Shown here piece after piece: positions 13,724 through 26,858 of a DNA stretch of 64,000 nucleotides (position 1 is its first letter; each line of letters starts with the position of its first letter). The translations under genes were made by a program, and so were the position numbers. The notes under the pieces are model-generated. The model did no database searches. It was not told the origin of the DNA and was given only the letters and a program-made list of their open reading frames with translations. Source of the stretch: Azolla caroliniana (lineage: Eukaryota > Plantae > Polypodiophyta); assembly GCA_043228905.1 (NCBI GenBank), contig JBHGNT010000006.1, positions 21,576,001-21,640,000 on the forward strand, given 5' to 3'.

Positions 13724-13999
13724 TCATCGCTTGTGGGTTCGTTGAGCTGAAACTTGAGGGTCTCCTCTCGAAGTTCCGTCAAATCTCACATCTCTAACTA
13801 CTCCCCTAATTTCGACGCAAAATGGATGAACGACGAGTCTTGAAGCTACCGTCTTGGAAAACTCGCGTTGAGAGTTGCGAAGGAATTTCTTGAACTCAAT
13901 TTCGATCACCAAATAGGAAGTTACTTGATTACTTGACATCACTAAGTCTCTCACCCAGCTCAATTTTTTCTCTTCTAAAACACCCATCCTTCCTTTCAC
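13724..13999 (-). pseudogene. Possible degenerate RNase H-like (retroelement) fragment
   Basis: FDGTSRGDP resembles the FDGASRGNP RNase H motif; there is no other support. Confidence 0.25.
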
Positions 14000-14232
14000 T
14001 TGAATTTTAAAGAAACTAAAAGGAATCTACCCACGAGTTTGGAGGAAACAAATTAATTTCCTAAATACCCCCCCCTACCTACCAACACATTACACATACT
14101 TATATATATATACGCACACATTTATCTATCTAAACAATAATTTTCCAACACACAAATTTGCATTTGGTACTTAAATACAAATGCACACGTACACCTCTTT
14201 GCATGGTAGTCCACAACTACAAATCTACACAC

Positions 14233-14702
14233 TAACAATCGGCAACACCGAACCGAACCGCGAAACTGCGGCTTAACGGTTTCAACGGTTCGGTTCAGGT
14301 TTAGGTTTTTTAAAACAGTTCAGTTCGGTTTTAATAGCTAGAAACCGCGGTTTAAACGGTTTAACGATTTTTTATTTTTTTTAAAAAAAGTTTAAAATTT
14401 GTTTTTAAACAATCTTTTCATTTTTAGACCTTATTCTCACATTTTAGGAACATCTTAAAAATTTTAAAAAATGAAATATTATAAACTTTAAAAAATTAAA
14501 AATTTGACTTATGTTGAAAACTGAAACGGAACCACGAAACCACAATTTTTACGGTTTAATGGTTTGAAATTTTTTTAACGGTTTCGTGGTTCGGTTCGGT
14601 TGAGTTCAAGTTTCAAAATTTTTAAATGGTTCGGTTCCAAACCGGTTCGGTTTGGACCCTCTCAAATTGAACTGAACCGAGCCGAACGGTTGCCGATTGT
14701 TA
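14233..14702. mobile_element. Non-autonomous hAT-type DNA transposon/MITE (470 bp)
   Basis: 14-bp TIR TAACAATCGGCAAC/GTTGCCGATTGTTA; 8-bp TSD CTACACAC/CTACACAT; many subterminal AACCG/CGGTT motifs. Confidence 0.9.
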
Positions 14703-16779
14703 CTACACATGTCCCCTCAAATGTATACACATAATTAGTGCACATATTAACTTATACATGCACAATAGTACTATATATACCTATATTTGTTCACAAACAT
14801 TACCTCGCACATCAATATTTGACCAAACAAAGACAAATTGCAAGTAGCACAAATAGTGACATACATATACATTTCAAGTCACACACAGACAAACACTTAC
14901 GTCTTCATAGATATTCACACATCAAATATGCAAATTAAATTTGGGAATAACCTTCATACTCATACAACCTTGCCCGAACATGAATTCCCGAAGGAAGTAA
15001 ATGTACTCCCCATGTCTAGAGACAATAACTCAAACGTACTCCACCCTCTCTAGTTCAAGTCCCTGAGGGACCCGGACTCGTTTCACACACATGGGTATTA
15101 TTTCGCGATAACATTGCTTATCCAATGCTTTAAATAAATCATTGATTTAGGTTGTATATCGTTTTAAACTTACCTTTCAATATCTCTCCCTAAGTGGTTC
15201 ACATATGTCATCAACAATAAACCATTTTTGTAAATTGTAATTGATCCAAAAGGGGCAACTTTACATAATTGTCATGTCTAAAAAAGACTTCAATAAGGTA
15301 ACCACATGGATCTACTAACAATAATGTGGAATGTCTAACCTGTTGTATGAGCATTATAAAGAAAATGATCTTGTGTGGTGTTATAACATGTAATGCCTTG
15401 TTGTAATTGCAAAATAGGATTTTCATATTAAATTCATGTGAGATGCCATACTATAATTATTAATTATTATAACAATAAAATGCTCTATCATATTGAGAAG
15501 ACACCAAATACCTTGTTGACATTTAGAAATTCAATAAAGGTCTAATATTGGAATGACCATTGACAACTAAAGCAAAAAAGTGAAAAAGAGCCCATGTAAT
15601 CTCTTAAACTTGCTTAAAGGTTGTTTTCCCTAGAACATATTGCGACCAACACATCCAAGTTTCAACCATAACACCATTGGGTTTGTTTTACATAAACCAT
15701 ATGTTATTAAAGAATGAAATGTGAAGCCCATTAGATAATCTTGGTTCTGACACAAAAAAGGTCAAAGGGACATATCTCACATTATTTCCTTGGTTCTCAG
15801 GTTATATAATTCAAGTTTGTAGAGGATGTTATTCTTGCATCTATCTTTGTTTCTTAGTATGAATTTATATCCAATACTTTATTAATATTTATTTAGTTCT
15901 TATGATATTCATCTCATTGTTGTCCTTGTGTTCTCTAATGCTAGCTTCTCTTCCTTAGAACGATAATTTAAAAGAACACTTAATTGCAAAATTCCAAAAT
16001 GGAAATAATTCATAACAACTAAAACAACTTTGCCATTATAGCAAATCATATAGTTTTTTGAATCCAAAGAGCCTATTTCATATTTTTAATTGTCATCTCA
16101 TATGAGAAATAAGACTAGATTTTAGTATTGTGTCATTTTCTCTCTTTTAGAGCAAGAACTTCAAATGCAAACAGTTTCTCTATGCATTTCGTTTATATGA
16201 TATGTTAACCATCGTTGAACTTTGAACATGTTCTTTTTCTTATGAGAAATCTCCAAGAATATAAGTAAACATGTACTATGTATAGTTAGATATATGAACT
16301 AACACTTAATAGAGCCCATGTCTTTATTATCCCATTCCCATGTGACAAGAGAACTACATCCATACTATAATTGAGCCAACTATTATTTAGACACTCCAAA
16401 TTTCTCGCCACTTACATTATGCATTTATATAGATTTGTTTTTATAAGGCGTTCTCAAGTTTTAATAGTTGCATTTTAGCATCAAGGACAAATAAAGGCAG
16501 TTTCAATATGCTTTCATCGTAAAACGTTTGGGTTTGTAGACAACAAAATATGTTCAAATCCCATTATCTCGATTCTAATGTGTCATCGTCTCTTGATTTC
16601 TTTTCATTTTATAAAAATTTCACCTATGCGATGGTACATAAAAATCGATGTTGCTGATTGGTAACATTTAATTGGTCTTCTTCTCATGGTGTGAGTTACT
16701 TACAAAGACCTTCATAACTATTATGTATACAATGTAATGATTGACTATATCTTGTTAGTAAGAGGGCTATGATACTCCC

Positions 16780-17355
16780 ACTACTTAACACTCCCCAATG
16801 AAAATGGTGTTTTGCAAGTTCTTCACGCTATGCATGTGAGGGAAGCTCCATTTGCGTGAGGTTGACTTCATTCCAAAGTTGTGGTAAACACATTGAACCA
16901 TGTCCCCAAGCATGATAAGATGAACAAAAAGTTTCCAAGTTAGTAAACCATGTTACCAATTTGTGTACTAGTTATTTCAACCATGTTATGGGGCTAGTTA
17001 ACCCATTAGGCCTCTTCAAACTACTAGTACATTTGAGTCTTGAACATATATAACTATGTTAGTGCGTAAGACTCTAGTCATTAATGCTCCCTAATGAAAA
17101 TGGTGTTTTGCAAGTTCTTTAAGCTTTGTGTGCGAGAGAAGCTCGATTTGAATGTAGTTGATTTCGTTCTAGAGTTGTGGTAAACACAATTAACCATTGG
17201 CATAAGAATGATAAGCTGAATGAAAAGTTTTCAACTTCTTAAAACATGTTATCAATTTGTGTATTATTTATTTCAATCATTTTATGGGCTAGTTAACCAT
17301 TAGGCCTCTTCAAACTACTAGTACATTTGAGCCTCGACATACATAACTACTTCTG
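16780..17355. repeat. Diverged ~296-bp tandem duplication
   Basis: CTCCC.AATGAAAATGGTGTTTTGCAAGTTC at 16791 and 17087; GGCCTCTTCAAACTACTAGTACATTTGAG occurs twice. Confidence 0.85.
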
Positions 17356-17931
17356 TGTACGATTCTTAGTGAGATGGTTGGAAATTTAAACTTCCATTCA
17401 CTATGGAGCTTGAACAACTTATCCGAAAGGTTGGTTCTAAGTGGAAGAGTCTTCCACATATCACCAATTCAATCCATCACATTCAACTCTAAAGTAGAGT
17501 GAATGATTATATTTCTCACACTCTAACAATAAGGTAAAGTGGGATTGATTTACATGACATGAATGTAATCAAATTACAAGTGGGCATACTTGTTTATTCA
17601 AGACTTACACATGAAGTTTAATTACTCATTGCACACCTCCAAATGTTATTATGTTAATTGTATATAAAAGCTTTACATAAACAATAATAAAGAGAGTGTG
17701 ACGACACAATGACATAAAATACATAGTTGGTGAAGATTAAACTTGCAACCTCTCTCAACAAGATATCATGCTGAACCATTTTGATATGAGCATTTATTTA
17801 TATATAACGTACTTGATCTAGAAATACTCTTTAGTTCCATACCTCTAGAAAGTTCTAGAACTAGCAGGTTCTAGAGGGTTCTAGAATATTCTCTAGAATA
17901 TTCTAATGTAGGTACTTCAATGTCGGGAAAC

Positions 17932-18935
17932 ATGTCCCTACGGATGGGAAGAGAAATAACGTGTTAGTGAGTATCTCGGCCGAGGCCAAAACTGAAACTG
18001 AAACCGAAACCGAAAATCGAAAACTGAAAACGTTTCGGAAGACTATAATTGTAAATAGTCTAAAATGCCCTTGTGGGCTATACTTGTAAATAGCCAGAAA
18101 AATGCTTTTGTTTATAGGCAACTAGGGCAAACTTTAGTAAGTGTAGTTGATGTTAGGAAACAGGTCCCTCCGGATGGGAAGTGAGAAGAACGGTACTGAT
18201 GAGCAAACTCGGCCAAGGCCGAAACCGGATGTGGAGTACCCGGCTACGGAAGACCCGGTGAGAACCGGATGACAAGTACCCGGCAACGGAAGACCCGGTG
18301 AGAACCGGATGTGGTGTACCCGACAAGTGCCAGATGACAAGTACCCGACAAAGGAAGACTCGGTGAGAACCGGATGTGGTGTACCCGGCAAGCGCCGGAT
18401 GACGAGTACCCGGCTACGGTAGATCCGGTGAGAATGTCCCTACGGATGGGAAGAGAAATAACGTGTTAGTGAGTATCTCGGCCGAGGCCAAAACTGAAAC
18501 TGAAACCGAAACCGAAAATCGAAAACTGAAAACGTTTCGGAAGACTATAATTGTAAATAGTCTAAAATGCCCTTGTGGGCTATACTTGTAAATAGCCAGA
18601 AAAATGCTTTTGTTTATAGGCAACTAGGGCAAACTTTAGTAAGTGTAGTTGATGTTAGGAAACAGGTCCCTCCGGATGGGAAGTGAGAAGAACAGTATTG
18701 ATGAGCAAACTCGGCCAAGGCCGAAACCGGATGTGGAGTACCCGGCTACGGAAGACCCGGTGAGAACCGGATGACAAGTACCCGGCAACGGAAGACCCGG
18801 TGAGAACCGGATGTGGTGTACCCGACAAGTGCCAGATGACAAGTACCCGGCAAAGGAAGACTCGGTGAGAACCGGATGTGGTGTACCCGGCAAGCGCCGG
18901 ATGACGAGTACCCGGCTACGGTAGATCCGGTGAGA
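17932..18935. repeat. 502-bp tandem duplication spanning the A-LTR/solo-LTR-B junction
   Basis: ATGTCCCTACGG at 17932 and 18434; GTTGA|TGTTAGG at 18151 and 18653; a few substitutions between copies. Confidence 0.92.
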
Positions 18936-19453
18936 ACCGGATGAGGAGTACCCGGCTAGAGCCGGATGGTGAAGGCCTGGTGAGGAGTGCTCACCGGATG
19001 AAGGGACATATTCGTAAATATGTTTTCTGAGAGTCCATCGGGACTATATTTGTAAATAGCCGAAATGTCATATTAGTATAAATATGACTTAGGGCAAACT
19101 GATTATATGCTGGTTGTCATTCTTGTTGGTGCAAGACTAGAGAGCGCGTAATAATGTACAGAGAGAGAGAGAGAGAGCAAGAGGAAGTTGCCTCTGTTGT
19201 AACCGCCGCCTGTGGCGAAGATCGTGAGCACGAGGTCGTTGCCTCCATGAGCTCACTGTTGTAATCATTGTGATATAGTGATAGTTTGGAGTTTGTGGAC
19301 TCCCGTGGTTTTTCCCTCTCATGGTTTTCCATGTTAAACATCCTGTGTACTCTTCTCTCCTTTGTGTCGTGCGTTTCATTATCCGTTTTCTGTGTTCGAT
19401 TTTAGACTCGGTTGTGGCCGAGTGTTGTAGAAAGGGAGCGTGCGTTCCTGTCA
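18653..19453 (+). mobile_element. Solo LTR B (Copia) inserted in the 5' LTR of A
   Basis: TG...CA ends; TSD GTTGA (18648-52 and 19454-58); internal ~41-bp ACCGGATG/GAAGACCCGGTGAG repeats. Confidence 0.9.
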
Positions 19454-22336
19454 GTTGATCATTATTGTAAAGTTAGAATGAGGTAGTTGCCTATGTAACC
19501 GTGAGTGAGAGAGTGAGAGTGTAACTCTGTAGTCGTCTATCAGACGAAGGAGAACTCGAGGTCGTTGCCTCCAAGTTCCGTATTTGTACTTCCTCTCTAC
19601 TATAGTGATCTGTTTTCTCGGGGTTTGTGGACCCCTGTGGTTTTTTCCCATTTCGGGGTTTCCACGTAAAATATCGGTGTCTCTGTGTCTTCACGTTTTT
19701 CGTCTATGTATTAGTTCTTGGTTTCTACACATGAATACGAACGTGAAACTGGTAGTGACTAGTCGATTCCTAACAAAGTGGTATCAGAGCGATGGAAGAC
19801 TCGTTCCGCGGCATGTTTAAGCTAACCGACTCCAACTACTCAGTGTGGAAGTCAATGATGAGAGACATGCTCGTGTGCAAAGACCTCTAGCTGTCGGTGC
19901 AGTTCGGAGATAAAAGGCCAGACAAAATCAATGCAGTGACTTGGGAAGTGTTGCATCTGAAGGCGGCTGCATATATAAGGTGTTTTATAGACATGAGGCT
20001 ATACAACAACTTCAACGAAGAAACGAAAGCAAACGTCCTACGGAAGAAGATCGACGTCATGTTCAAAAACAAGAACGCCGTGAATCGAGTCTCAGTATTT
20101 CGAAAAATCATGAGGCTCCGGTATCAGGATGACTCTAGTATGGCGGAGCACATCAATGCCCTCCAAGGATTGATGAACCAAACCACCTCTCTAAAAGTAC
20201 CTCTGGCCGACGAGGTATTAGCATTATTGTTGCTGGGATCCCTTCCAGACAACTGGGAGATGCTCGTTGTCACTTTAGGCAATGCCAGGCCGGAAGGGAA
20301 GCATATATCCCTAGAGCAGGTGAAGTCTAACTTGCTGAATTGTTGAGATACAAGCTCAACATTGGGTGCATAAACCGATGAGTAAACCGGGTGTGCAACG
20401 AGAGGCCGTTGGATAGATATTCCATGGAGGAATATATTTTTGGGAGTTAGTGTAGGGGCTCATTGATGAGCATTGAAGTACGTGTCAGTACTTTTGTCAG
20501 TCCGTATGGACTTGTATAAAAGTGCTCTCTTAGCACATCGTATGTACAGAGTTTTAGAGTATTGTTCGGAATAGAGTTTTTCTGTGTTCTGCTCTCTTTG
20601 TCTCTCCCACGTACGTTGTGTTGATTAAGGTTTCCATTAAACCTCACTTGTCTTTTGTCTGTTGTTACCCAGTTGTGCCGGTTAAGCTTCCACACATTCT
20701 TTTACATGGTATCAGAGCGCGAGGGTTGAGATCCTCTACTTTCGAGAAACAGACAAACCCTAATCACGGTGAAGAACAGAAGAAGGAAAGAATGGACAGA
20801 GGAATGGGTAGCTCGCTTCTGACGGAGAAGCTCAATAGAAGCAACTACGCATCTTGGTCGTACCAGATGCACCAGTACCTGCTCGGGCATGGCTACTAGA
20901 GTTATGTTGATGGAGCTAATGACGCAACACCCGAATCGACACACAACGATTCCCGGCATGGGAACAAACGGCAAGCAGAGTTCTCTACTGCTTCACATCC
21001 TTTGTGAACGATCAACTTTTGAGCTACATTCGGGATGCGAGGACGCCGAAGGATGCTTGGGGAAATCTGAAAAAGATTTTCGCCGCGAGCACCACAACCA
21101 GAAAGCTCCAACTCAGGCAAGAATTGAGCAATGTTCGACAACGGGATATGTCGGTGGCTGATTACACCTCCAAGATCAAGGACATCTGTGACTCTCTCAC
21201 CTCCGTCGGTGTAAACGTCGAGGAGGACGAAATGGTGCAGGTCTCCCTCGGAGGGTTAGCGTCGAAGTTCGGAGGATTCCGAACTGCGGTTTGTATGAGG
21301 GAGAATACATTGTCGTTTTCGACTTACAGTCGATGCTCCTAGTAGAGGAGAACCACGCGGGTGCGTCAACGAGTACGCACACCGACAACAAGATGCTGTA
21401 CATGGAGGAAGATAGGACCCGTGGTCGTGGTCGGCGCGCAATGGAGGAAGCCGACAGGAGCAAGATGGAAGGCATGGTCGTAATGCCAACAATAGTTCTG
21501 AACCCTTTGGAAGCATGGCAAGTCGAGGCGGCACTAGAAACCGGCAAGGAAAGCCTGCCACGGAAAGCTGGTACTGTGGCAAGAAAGGCCACAGGGAGAG
21601 CGAGTGTTGGAAGAAACACACTGATTCGGAGAAAACTACATCCAGCTACGGGCAGATCGAACAAAGAAATTGGCAGCGATCGCACTACGCCGAGGGCTTC
21701 GAATGAGCCGAAAATGGATCGGGTCCAACCTTCGTGATGAAGCACAAAGACAATTCGATGGCGATGAACACCTTGAAACCAAACGAGGTGTGTGTTGGGA
21801 AGTCGGTCCCTCCGGATGGGATCCGATTATGAATGAAGAGGACCTGGTGAGAACCGGAAGAGAATACATATTTGTAAATATGTTTTGAGTACTTGCCTAT
21901 TGAGGCTATATTTGTAAATAGCCCTAAGTTCATATGAGTATAAATATGACCTAGGGCAATCACAAAAGTAAGTGTTGTCATATTGTTGTACGTGCATAAC
22001 TGTTGTATAGAGAGAGAGGAGATACAGAGCGATACTCTGTTGTAATCGCCACTTGGCGAAGATACAGAGCTCGAGGTTATTGCCTCCAAGTCTTTGATTG
22101 TACCTTTCATATATAGTGATAGTTTGGAGTTTGTAGGCTCCCATGGTTTTTCCCTATTAGGGTTTTCCACACAAACATCCTATGTACTCTCTATTTCTTG
22201 TGTGTGTACGTGCGTTCACTCTCTATTTCCCATTTCTGTGTTTCATTCTCATTGAAGTGATTCATTACTCCGTTGTGGCCGAGCAATATTCCGCGTTGTT
22301 CTCTTCAATTTGGTATCCGAGCGAATAACACAGGAA

Positions 22337-25300
22337 ATGGGAGAATCGTTTGGCGGCATGTTCAAGCTCACCGGCTCCAACTACTTAGTGTGGAAGTCGA
22401 AGATGAGGGATGTGCTGGTGGTTAAAGATCTTTGGTTGCCGGTTTAGTTCGGAGACAAGAGACCGGATAAGATCGACGCCATAGTGTGGGAGGTGATGTG
22501 TTACGGGCATGACCATATAATATCCCGTGGTGAGAATTTACCGTAGTATTTTATACACGTGGCCATGCCCGTAACATGATGCACATGAAGACCATGGCAT
22601 ACATCTGGTGCTTCATCGACATGAGCCTGTACAACAATTTCAATGAAGAGAGCAAGGCTCATGAACTCTGGGAGAAGATTGGCATCATGTTCCAGAACAA
22701 GAATATTGTTAATCGGGTTTCGGTATTCTGGAAGCTAGTGAGGCTCCGATACCAGGACGACTCCAGTATGGCAGAGCACATGAATGCCTTCCAGGGACTG
22801 ATAAACCAAGAAACCTCATTGGAAGTACCTCTCGCCGATGAGATACTCGCATTACTCCTGCTCGGTTCCCTCTCGGATAGTGGGAGACGCTAGTTGTCAC
22901 GTTGGGCAACGCCGAGCCGGAAGGAAAACAGTTGTCCCTAGTAAGAGTCAAGTCAAGCTTGCTAGATGAAGAAGCTCGCCAGAAGGACCAGGAGTCCGGA
23001 ACCGATCTGAAGGCCTTGGACCACAACCGGGGAAGAGGCCAGTATCGGAGTCCCCAAAACTGGGACAAATCGGGGACAAGGTCAAAGTCAAGGGGGAGGC
23101 CTACTTGCTTCTATTGTGGGAAGCCGTGGCATTTCCAGAAGAACTGCTGGCATTTCCGGAAAGAGAAAGAAACCGGCAACGCCGATTCGAAGAAGTGTTC
23201 GAATCGAAATGGTTTGGACCGGAGAGGCCCGGATCGGAAAGGAACGTCAACAATCGCGACAAGTGAAGAAGAACTGATGTTCATTACTGAGGAGAATGAG
23301 TTAAACCTTGTGGGCAACGAGACACCATGGGTTGTCGATTCCGGAGTGTCGTTCCACCTGACACTGGACCGGAGATGCTTCTCATCCTACCGCATGGTTG
23401 TGTCCGGATGGGGAATGAAGGGATATGACGAATTATCGGCATAGGAGATGTGTTGTTGACGACATCAACTGGATGTAAGTTGCTGCTGAAGGATGTCCAA
23501 CACGTTCCGGAGATTCGACTGAACCTGATATCAGCCGGTAGGCTAGATGATGAAGGCTACACGGGTAGCATCCGGAATGGAGTCATGAAATTCAGCAAAG
23601 GAAGCCTGATAGTGGCTCGGGCCCGGAAGATCAACACGCTATATCTAATGCATGCCCGGATATGCTGGGAAGAAGGGAATGTAGCATCCGACATTGCCGG
23701 TGAGCTGTGGCACAAGAGACTATGTCATATGAGCTAGAAGGGGATGAGAAGACTTGCCAAAGACAACCTCATTCCGGAGGTGAAAGATGTGCATCTTGAG
23801 AAGTGCACCGATTGCTTGGTCGGCAAGCAAAACCAAACCTCCTTCCGGTCAAGACCACCGATGAGACGGAATGCACCACTGGAGCTTGTGCATACCGATG
23901 TGTGTCAAGTGGGCACGAAGTCACATGCCGGATCACAGTACTTTGTGATGTTCATAGATGACCACAACCGGAAGCTGTGGGTCTCACTGTTGAAGATGAA
24001 GGATTAAGTGCTATCTGTCTTCAAGGAACTCTAGGCGAGAGTGGAAAGAGAAACCGGTCGAAAGCTGAAGGCGGTTCGAGTGGACAATAGAGAAGAATAC
24101 TAGGGGCAGTTCGAGGAGTACTGCTGGTCGAAGGGAATCCGGCTTGAATTTACCGTGTTGAAGACACCAGAACTAAACGGGCGGGCCGAAAGGATGAACC
24201 GGACCATAATGGAGAGAGTCCGGAGCATGCTTGCACATGCCAAGTTACCCAAGAAGTTTTGGGCTGAGGCGTTGATGACGACGACTTACGTGATAAATAG
24301 ATCACCCTCAGTACCCTTGGATGGAGACACACTACAGAGTATAGACCAGTAAGGAAGTGCCTTATCGGCATCTAAAGGTGTTCTGGTGTCTCGCATGTGT
24401 GCATGTTGCAAAGGACAAGAGAGCAAAGTTGGATCCGAAGTCCAGACCATGCATATTCCTTAGATACGACAATGATGAGTTCGGTTACCGGGTGTAGGAT
24501 CTGGTCGACAAGAAGGTGTTCCGGAGTCGGGACATAGTCTTCATGGAAGACAAGACCATTTCTGACTGGGAGTCGGAGAAGAAGATGACATGAACTCTAG
24601 ATCATCCAATGAAAACCGGTTTGAGGACACAAGGATCTACCCGGTTGAAAACCAGATGTTAGTCGGAAACTGGATGACGCTCGAAGAACCTGCCGGATTC
24701 GGAGCAGAAACCAAACAGACCGAAGAAGAAGAAGAAGAAGAAGACACCGGAACCGGACAAGATCCCGAATCGGATTCGGATGAAGAACAAATGGAGGAAC
24801 CGGTAGTCAAAAACCAAGGACGGAGATATCCTCTCCGAGAGAGAAGAGCCCCCTGTAGATTTCCGGATGTAGAGCACGTATTGCTGACTGATGAGGGGGA
24901 GTTGGAAAGCTTCGAAGAAGCACAAAGAGACACCCACAATCGCAAGTGGTTGAGTGCCATGCAGGACGAGATGGATTCCTTGCATGAGAACCACACGTAT
25001 GAACTGACGGAGTTGCGGAAAGGAAAGAGGGCACTACGGAACAAGTGGGTGTACAAGTTAAAACTAGGAGATGCCGGAAACCAACCAAGATACAAATCCC
25101 GGATTGTGGTGAAGGGGTTCCAGCAGAAGAAAGTGGTGGATTTCGACGAGATCTTTGCTGCGGTAGTTAAGATGACTTCCATCCGGACGGTGCTGAGCAT
25201 AACGGCAAGCATGAACCTCGAGGTAGAGCAATTGGACATCAAGATGACATTCCTCCATGGTGACCTCGAAGAGGAGATCTACATGCAGCAACCAAAAGGA

Positions 25301-26470
25301 TTTGTGAAGAAAGGGAAGGAGCATTTGGTGTGCCGGTTGAAGAAGATTTTATACGGACTGAAGCAAGCTCCTCGGCAATCGTACTAGGTTTTTGATTCCT
25401 TCATGACCGACCAAGGGTACCACAAGACGTAGGCCAATCACTGCATGTTTGTGATGAAATTTGATGGAGGAGATTTCCTGATACTCCTCCTATATGTGGA
25501 TGATATGCTGATCGTCAGACGAGACCAAGGCAAGATTCAGATGCTGAAGAAGGCTCTAAACCAGACCTTCTCAATGAAAGACTTGGGTTCGGCAAGACAA
25601 ATATTGGGAATGCACATCATCCGGGACCAATCGAAGAAGTTGTTGTGGCTGTCACAGGAGAAGGATGTGACAAAGGTGCTTCAACGGTTCAACATGTCAG
25701 AGGCGAAACCGGTCGGATCGACACTTTCAGTAAACTGCAAGCTATCCGAAAAACAAAGCCCGAGGACAAAGGCGGAGAAGACGGATATGATGAAGATACC
25801 ATCTGCCTCTGCCGTCGGAAGCTTGATGTACACGATGGTATGTACCCGATCGGATATTGGATATGCAGTCAGAGTGGTGAGCCGGTTCATGAGCAATCCC
25901 GGAAAAGAGCATTGGAAAGCGGTGAAGTGGATACTCCAGTATCTGAAAGGCACCTCGAGTATGTGCCTCCGGTTCGGCTCCAGTAATCCCCAACTTGACG
26001 GATTCACGGATTCAGATATGTTGGCTGATGCGGATACCAGCCGATCTACATTCGGATATGTCATGACTTATGCAGGGGGAGTTGTTTCGTGGCAATCGAG
26101 GTTGCAGAAGACGGTTGCGTTGTCAACCACGGAAGCGGAGTACATGGCAGTGGTGGAAGCCGGCAAGGAGATAATTTGGATGAAGGATTTCATCGGAGAG
26201 CTAGGGATCCAACAGGAGGAATACCGGCTCTACTGCGACAGTCAAAGTGCCATCCACCTTGCAAAGAACGTGGCCTACCATTCCCGGACGAAGCATATCC
26301 AGCGGAGGTACCATTGGATCCGGGAGAGAGTTGAAGATCAAGAGTTCGTGTTGACGAAGATCCACATGGAGGAGAACAGGTTGGATATGCTGACCAAGGT
26401 GTTGACAACCGACAAGCTAGATGCGTGCCGAAAGCGGATCGGGCTGACGAGACATCCCATGCCGGAGTGA
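22337..26470 (+). pseudogene. Disrupted gag-pol of element D (gag, CCHC, PR, INT, RT, RH)
   Basis: CFYCGKPWHFQKNC, VVDSG, ELVHTDVC, YVDDML, SRTKHIQRRYHW; multiple stops and frameshifts. Confidence 0.92.
22499..22576. mobile_element. 78-bp miniature element with 17-bp TIRs and 5-bp TSD
   Basis: TGTTACGGGCATGACCA...TGGCCATGCCCGTAACA (16/17 match), flanked by TGATG/TGATG. Removing it restores gag WEVMHMK. Confidence 0.9.
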
Positions 26471-26858
26471 ATGGGGAGATTGTTGGGAATTTGGTTCCTC
26501 CGGATGGGATCTGGTTATGAATGAAGAGGGCCCGATGAGAACCGAAAGAGAAGACATATTTGTAAATATGTTTTGAGTAAGCCTATTGAGGCTATATTTG
26601 TAAATAGCCCTAAGTTCATATGAGTATAAATATGACCTAGGGCAATCATAGAAGTAAGTGTTGTCATATTGTTGTATGTGCATAACTGTTGTATAGAGAG
26701 AGAGGAGATACAAAGCGATACTCTGTTGTAACCGCCATTTGGCGAAGATACATAGCTCGAGGTCGTTGCCTCCAAGTCTCTGATTGTACCTTTCATATAT
26801 AGTGATATTTTGGAGTCTATGGGCTCCCGTGGTTTCTCCCTATTAGGGTTTTCCACGT

